From Cladosporium halotolerans (lineage: Eukaryota), in contig NW_027191475.1 in NCBI RefSeq assembly GCF_011745625.1, positions 186,001-250,000 on the forward strand: a stretch of 64,000 bases of DNA. The letters are read 5' to 3'. Shown here in pieces: positions 58,215 through 64,000 of this stretch (the stretch's first letter is position 1; every line of letters begins with the position of its first letter). The notes below the pieces were generated by a model. It saw nothing but the letters and a program-made list of their open reading frames with translations. It did no database searches and had not been told where the DNA came from. The position numbers and the translations under genes are program-made.

Positions 58215-58963
58215 ATGAAGACTTTCACCTCCTTCTTCGCTGTGGCTGCCGCTGGGGCTGCCTTCGCTGCACCTGCTGCTTACCAGAGCCAGCAGAGCTA
58301 CGGTGTCGACCACTTCGTCAAGGTCAGTCTATGGTAGTGGTCGAGATATGTTTCACTCTTTACTGATTTTGGTCCAGTTCGACAATGTTCCTGCCGGCTT
58401 GATCGATGGCGCTCCCATCCGTGGCCTCAACGAGCTTGGCTCTCATGAAGGCCTCTACTACTCCAACATGGGTGTCATCTCTGCGACGCCTCTCCTCGCT
58501 GGCCTCAACGCCCAATCTCGCCCCAACGTTCTCGCCTACGACGTCCTCGCTGATCTCCAAGGCAAGCAAGAGGTAAGCAATAGCGTATCTGGTACCCATC
58601 CCGTATCATTGCTAACATCGCCTTTAGCTTCGCACCGACTATGACGACAGCACCACCTCGAGCTTCGACTTCAAGTCCTTCTACTTTGGCTGCGTCGTCT
58701 CCACCCAAGAGACCCTCATCTCGGTTCCCCTCTCCTGCTCCATGGACATCAAGGGCTACCGCAACGGCAAGCAGGTCGCGTCTCAGACCGCACGCTTCCA
58801 GAAGCCCCTGCTCGAGCTCGCTGCCGACATGACCAAGGTGGAGCTCAACGCCGACTTCTGCGACGTTGACAGCGTCACTTTTGACACCAACGGCCTGGTC
58901 GAGTCGGTGCTTCTTGCTGCACTGATGGACAACTTCCACTACATCACCAAAAGCAGCAAGTAA
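58215..58963 (+). CDS. Small secreted protein of unknown function (212 aa); join(58215..58322,58378..58572,58628..58963)
   Basis: caccATG; signal peptide MKTFTSFFAVAAAGAAFA; two phase-0 GT-AG introns with branch sites; FDFKSFYFGC..C..IKGY..DNFHY; strong C-ending codon bias. Confidence 0.88.
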
Positions 58964-59648
58964 ACGGTTGGCGCGGCTTATGGATGGGTTTTGAGATGGC
59001 AGAAGGGTTTGGATAGCAATTGTGGCTTGGTGTATTTGGTGGCTTATTTTACCCTTTTCTTCTTCTCTTTACGAGACTTTCGGTAGACTTCATGATATAC
59101 GGATCTTTCTCTTCTGTTTGCTGTAATGTTTCCCTATGGGTCCTGCATAAACTCTAAATGTTCATTGATCAGTTTAGCCCTAACAAGAAATTTGGCAACA
59201 GTGAGATTCGGACTGCGAATCACCCCTTTTCACCATTCCATTGATCGGAGAAAAGTTCTTGTGACTGGTAGTAGACTATCGTGAGCTTACAGGATGGAAT
59301 AGATGGCGTTATTGTGAACATCAACATTGATGGTCGGTTCAATCAAATGCTGCCGGAGCTTCACCAAGACGTCACCAAGGGTCCGAGCACCCAGACGCCG
59401 AGCTGGTGGCAGCCTCCCCCGGCCTCGCTGGCGCGGCTGGAGGTTGCGATGTGCAGCCGCTCGCATAACGTATAACGCATCTTCACACCCTGCACCACCA
59501 CGAAACCCCTCGCAGCCGTCGATCAGCGTATCTCGTCGGTGACTTTGTGCTTTTCCAGTGTCGCGTACAGCGAGTGTCTTTGCGCCGCGCCACGCCCAGG
59601 GAAACGTGTTGCGCCGCTGCCTCCTGATGCTAGCAGACAGCAAGCATC

Positions 59649-62600
59649 ATGTCTGAAAGCAACGACCCCAGTATGTTCCGCCTCAACGCCAACCGGATCG
59701 CGCGGTCTGCTAACACGATACCAGATCCTGCCATCTTAAACCTCTCTCCTGAGGAGAAACGCGCGTTTGCCTACCTGTTCAACCAAGCCGACACCGACCA
59801 GCTGGGCGTCGTCACCGGCGAGCGCGCCGTCCCCTTCTTCGAACGCACCACCCTCGACCCGCAAGTCCTCGGAGAAATATGGCAGATCGCAGACACTGAG
59901 AACCGCGGCCTGCTTACCAAGCCCGGTTTCTGCATCGTGCTGCGCTTGATCGGTCACTACCAAGCTGGCAGAGACCCAACCACGGAGCTTGCTTTCCAGC
60001 CCGGCCCTATACCGAAGTTCGATGGCATACAAATCCCGGGAATGGGGCAAGGCTCGGCAAGCCCATCGCAGGGCACGGCGCCGCCGGGAGCGCTGCAGCC
60101 GCAATTGAGCGGACAGGCGCCGATACGCGTCCCGCCTTTGGATCCGCAGAAGGTACAGCAGTACTCCGGGCTGTTTGAGAAGTCTGGCGCGCAGAACGGA
60201 CAATTGGATGCTGGTACCGCAAAGGCGATCTTTGAAAAGTCTGGGTTGCCGAATGAGACACTGGGTCGCATTTGGATGCTGTCTGATAGGGAGCAGCGGG
60301 GTGCTCTGGACCAGACGGAGTTCATCGTCGCCATGCATCTTCTCACCAGCATGAAGACGCGATCCATGACCGCTTTGCCGAACACTCTTCCAGCTGCTTT
60401 CTATCAAGCTGCCGCTAGACGCGGTGCGCCGCCCCCTCCTGGCAGTCGGCAGGCACCTGGCGCGGCTGGCATCCCAAGGCAGTTTTCAGGAGGAGCCGTC
60501 GGAGTTCCGCCTAGGACGCAGAGCCCGCTCGCAAGGCCTCCTACATACGGCACGCCGCCACCGATGTCAGCACAGACTACAGGACCGCAGTGGCTTATTA
60601 CGCCGCAAGAGAAGGCCAAATACGACCAGTTCTTCGGCACAATTGATACACAGAACAAGGGCATTGTCAGTGGTGAGCAAGCTGTCCGCTTTTTCAGTGA
60701 CTCGGGCTTGCCTGAGGATACTCTTGCCTCGGTTTGGGATCTTGCCGACATCAACAGCGAAGGACAGCTCACGAAAGACGAATTTGCGGTTGCTATGTAT
60801 CTCATCCGCCAGCAGAGAATGCCGAACGCTGCGCCTCTACCGGCGTTTTTGCCGCCTGCATTGGTTCCGCCTAGTATGCGGAAGCAGAACTTGCAGCAGC
60901 AGACAGAACAGACAACAGCCCCAGCCTTCGACAATGCCAACAACACTTCCAACATGCCTAAGTCAGCAGCCGACGATCTTTTCGGTCTCGACGACATGAC
61001 ATCTTCTCAACAGTCACAGCCTGCTCTGCAGCCTCAGAGCACCGGAGCATCCGCCACCAGAGACCCTTTCAACCCTGCCTCGCCCAGCAGCCCACAGCAG
61101 CGTTTCCAGCCGCCGCCTCCGCAACCACAGCCCAACACTCACTTCAAGCCGTTCATGCCGACGTCAGCATTCGGAGCAAGCCTTGCTCACCAGAACACTG
61201 GAGGTTCAGCTACCTCGTCTCAAGGCCCTGCTGGCAGCGGGTTCTTGCCGCCACAGCCGCAGCAGCAGCCACAGCCTAGATCTGCGCAACTGTCGGGTAT
61301 GGATGATCTGCTTGGAGAAGATGAGACCACCGCAGACGAAAGCAGCAAGATCACCAGCGACACCACAGAACTAGCAAACATGAGCAGTCAGATCGGAAAC
61401 CTCAGAAACCAAATGGAGCAGACGCAGGGTAAGAAGTCAACCACACAAGCTGAGCTCAGCGCTACCGCCGCTCAGAAGAAGGATTTGGAGACCAGGCTGC
61501 AGCAATTCAGAGCACAGTACGAGCAAGAGGTTCGGACCGTCAAGGACCTGGAGCAGCAATTGACTGCTTCTCGGGAATCAACCAAGAAGATGAATCAAGA
61601 GCTCGCGATGCTCGAGGGTACTTACCAGGATCTGAGCACGCAACACCAGACTGTCTTCCAAGCCCTGCAGGCCGACCAAGCGGAGAACGCAAACCTGAAG
61701 CAGCGTATTGGCCAGCTCAATGCTGAGATTGCACGACTGAAGCCCGAGCTGGAGAAGGCGAAGATGGACGCGCGACAGCAAAAGGGAATGGTGAGCATCA
61801 ATAAGAAGCAGCTGGCCACTAACGAGGGCGAGCGCGACCGCCTGCAGAGCGAGAAGGCCGAGGTCGAGCGTGAGGCCGCCGCTAGCCCTCCGCCTGCTGA
61901 GGCTCCTGCGTCAACCAGAGAGGTCACCAGCCCAGCTCCCAGCACGCTTAGCGCCACCAACCCGTTCGCTAGGATGGCTTCACCAGATGCTACGGCCCAG
62001 CGCTCCGTCAGCCCACCAACTGCTACGTCTGGCGCGCAGACGCCCAGTGCCTTTGACCAGCTCTTTGGACCGTCCTTTGCACAGTCTGGTAGCCGCAGTG
62101 GTACTCCTCCCGCTACGAGCTTTGGTAGCCGTGCAGCACCCGTCGCAGCAGGCGTTGCCGGTGCAGCAGGCGCAGCAGGTGTCGCGGCCGCTGTTGCACC
62201 ACACGTCGCTGGCTCCGTTTCTTCTGAGGGCAGGTCGACGCCTTCTGTGACGCCACCGCCAATGAGCGATGCGACACGGGAGGCTCCTGATGCCGACGAG
62301 CCTCCTCCGCCTCCCGAGAGCCGCCAATTTACTCCCACTGAGCTGCCAATTGGCGGCCTTCGCCCTTCAGGTGAAAGTGAGGTTGGCTCAACCGCGGTCA
62401 TCCCGCCTGCAAGCCGTGCCGGTGGCGCAGAAACCCCGAGAGACGTTGGCACCTCCGGTGTTGCCAGTCCGGACGAGGTAAGCGAACACATGCCTGGTGG
62501 CTTCCCTGAGCCACAAGAGCCTACTTCGCAGGCCACCGAGGCAGAAACTGTTCCTGGCGCTTTCCCTACCGAGCATGCTCAGCCGAGCATTGCAGCGCAG

Positions 62601-64000
62601 GAGATGTCAGGCCCTTCGACTACGACTGCGACACCATCTACCGCCCCAACGAATGGGAAAGACGATTTTGACTCCGCGTTTGCCGGGTTCGATAAAGCGG
62701 AACAGTCGACATCATCTGGCGACCCTTTTGCCACAGCACCGGCTGAGGGCTCCAAGCCGCAGGGACGAGGCTTCAGCTCTGAGTTTCCTCCGATCCAGAA
62801 CTTGGACGAAGACGAAAGTGATAGCGATGATGATTCTGACGATGGCTTCGGCGACAACTTTACCGCTGCTTCGCCCGCGAAACAGAATGGCGCTGCGGCG
62901 GCGCCAGCGGGCGAGGACAAGCCGACTTCGCCAGCTGTTGCATCCGGTGACGACTTGGCCACAGCAAGGCCGGAATTTGTTTCCAACGAGTCAACTGCCA
63001 GCAACCTGCCCTCCGCTAGTGATGCGCCTTCGCCGCCAACTTACGAGGAGAGTGGCGAGAAGACTGACGGTGCCAGCGGCGAACGATCGAGCTCCAACCA
63101 ATTTCCGCCTCAGTTCGGCGGCCTGCTTCCTGCCAGAGATGATCCAAAATCGCCGCCCGCTCCTGCCGGCGAGCAGCCCGTTCCCTCAGAGGCTGAGAAG
63201 AGCCTGCAAACGCCACAGACATCTCTCTTCCCTCCCACGGCCGGTACTCCCGCCAGCACTACCGGTACTGAGTTCCATGATGCTCACAGCCGGCCCGTAA
63301 GCAGCGTCCCTGAAGGTGTCTCTGGCCCTTCTACGCTCCAGACGACTGCCGCGCCAGCCCAGAAGGACGCCTTCGACGAGTTCGATGAGTTCGATGACCT
63401 TGCTGAGGCGAAGGAGGCCGACAAGAGCGGCTCTGACGCCGACTTCGGCTTCGGCAACCACTCTCGTGACGCCTCCGAGTTCAACGCCGCTTTCGACTCG
63501 CCCGCAGCCAGCATGTCCACCACCATCGCGGACTCGCAGCAAGCCTCCAGGCAGCTTGGCGACAGCAACGGCTTCGGTTTTGGCTCTAGCACTTCCGCCG
63601 CAGGCACCGGAAGCAGCCAGCAGAACTCGTCTCATGACTGGGACGCCATTTTCTCTGGCCTCGATAACTCCGCGACGGGCAACATCGACACTTCTTTTGG
63701 CGGAGCCTCGAACAGCAATGACCCGTGGGAGACCAATGGCGCTGCCGCTCCCCAGCCCACATCGCCCCAGTCTACCGTGACCGCTAAGCCGCCCGCGCCC
63801 GCTTCTGGTGGCGCAATCACGCCCGGGGATGAGCACGACGACCCTATTCTCAAGAGGCTGACAGGCATGGGGTACAACCGCGCGCAGGCGCTCAGTGCGT
63901 TGGAGAGGTTCGATTATGATATTAACAAAGTGAGCTCGCCCGCGAAGTATCCTGACGACTAAGAATTGCAAGCTAACTATCGTCCAGGCTGTGGATCATT
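59649..64000 (+). CDS. EDE1: Eps15-like endocytic scaffold (3 EH domains, coiled coil, UBA), 3'-truncated; introns 59671..59724 and 63930..63987
   Basis: EH repeats LGEIWQIAD, LGRIWMLSD, LASVWDLAD; coiled coil; NPF/DPF motifs; UBA LKRLTGMGY..ALERFDYDINK|AVDH. Confidence 0.95.

Overview
This is eukaryotic, GC-rich genomic DNA from a filamentous ascomycete, probably a Capnodiales-type Dothideomycete. That call is an inference from short GT..CTRAC..YAG introns and the formate dehydrogenase N-terminus. About 19 protein-coding loci are supportable: a Chp1-like protein (partial), NmrA-like reductase, fungal Zn-cluster-type transcription factor, formate dehydrogenase, MSS1, CAP/PR-1 protein, a small membrane protein, cytosolic HSP70, Mso1, arylsulfotransferase, a frameshifted NACHT/NLR-like gene, DHR1, PAC3, Sld7-like, RWD-RBR ligase, CAX4, two secreted proteins and EDE1 (partial). 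I recognised no rRNA, tRNA, intact transposon or CRISPR array, and found no clearly new multi-gene system. The best leads are: (1) an in-frame intron right after the FDH ATG that encodes a mitochondrial-like presequence, suggesting splice-controlled dual targeting; (2) a hidden, degenerate ~95-bp x ~8 non-coding array at 45.7-46.5 kb and a 4x amplification of a gene's own 3' end at 1.8-2.1 kb; (3) an NLR-like gene split by a 1-nt frameshift, with 18-aa repeats, plus a decayed HET-domain relic; (4) a transcription factor with only half a Zn2Cys6 cluster; (5) a helically phased heat-shock-element array; (6) recurrent C-rich to G-rich skew switches. All family assignments are from motif recognition by eye; no searches were run.
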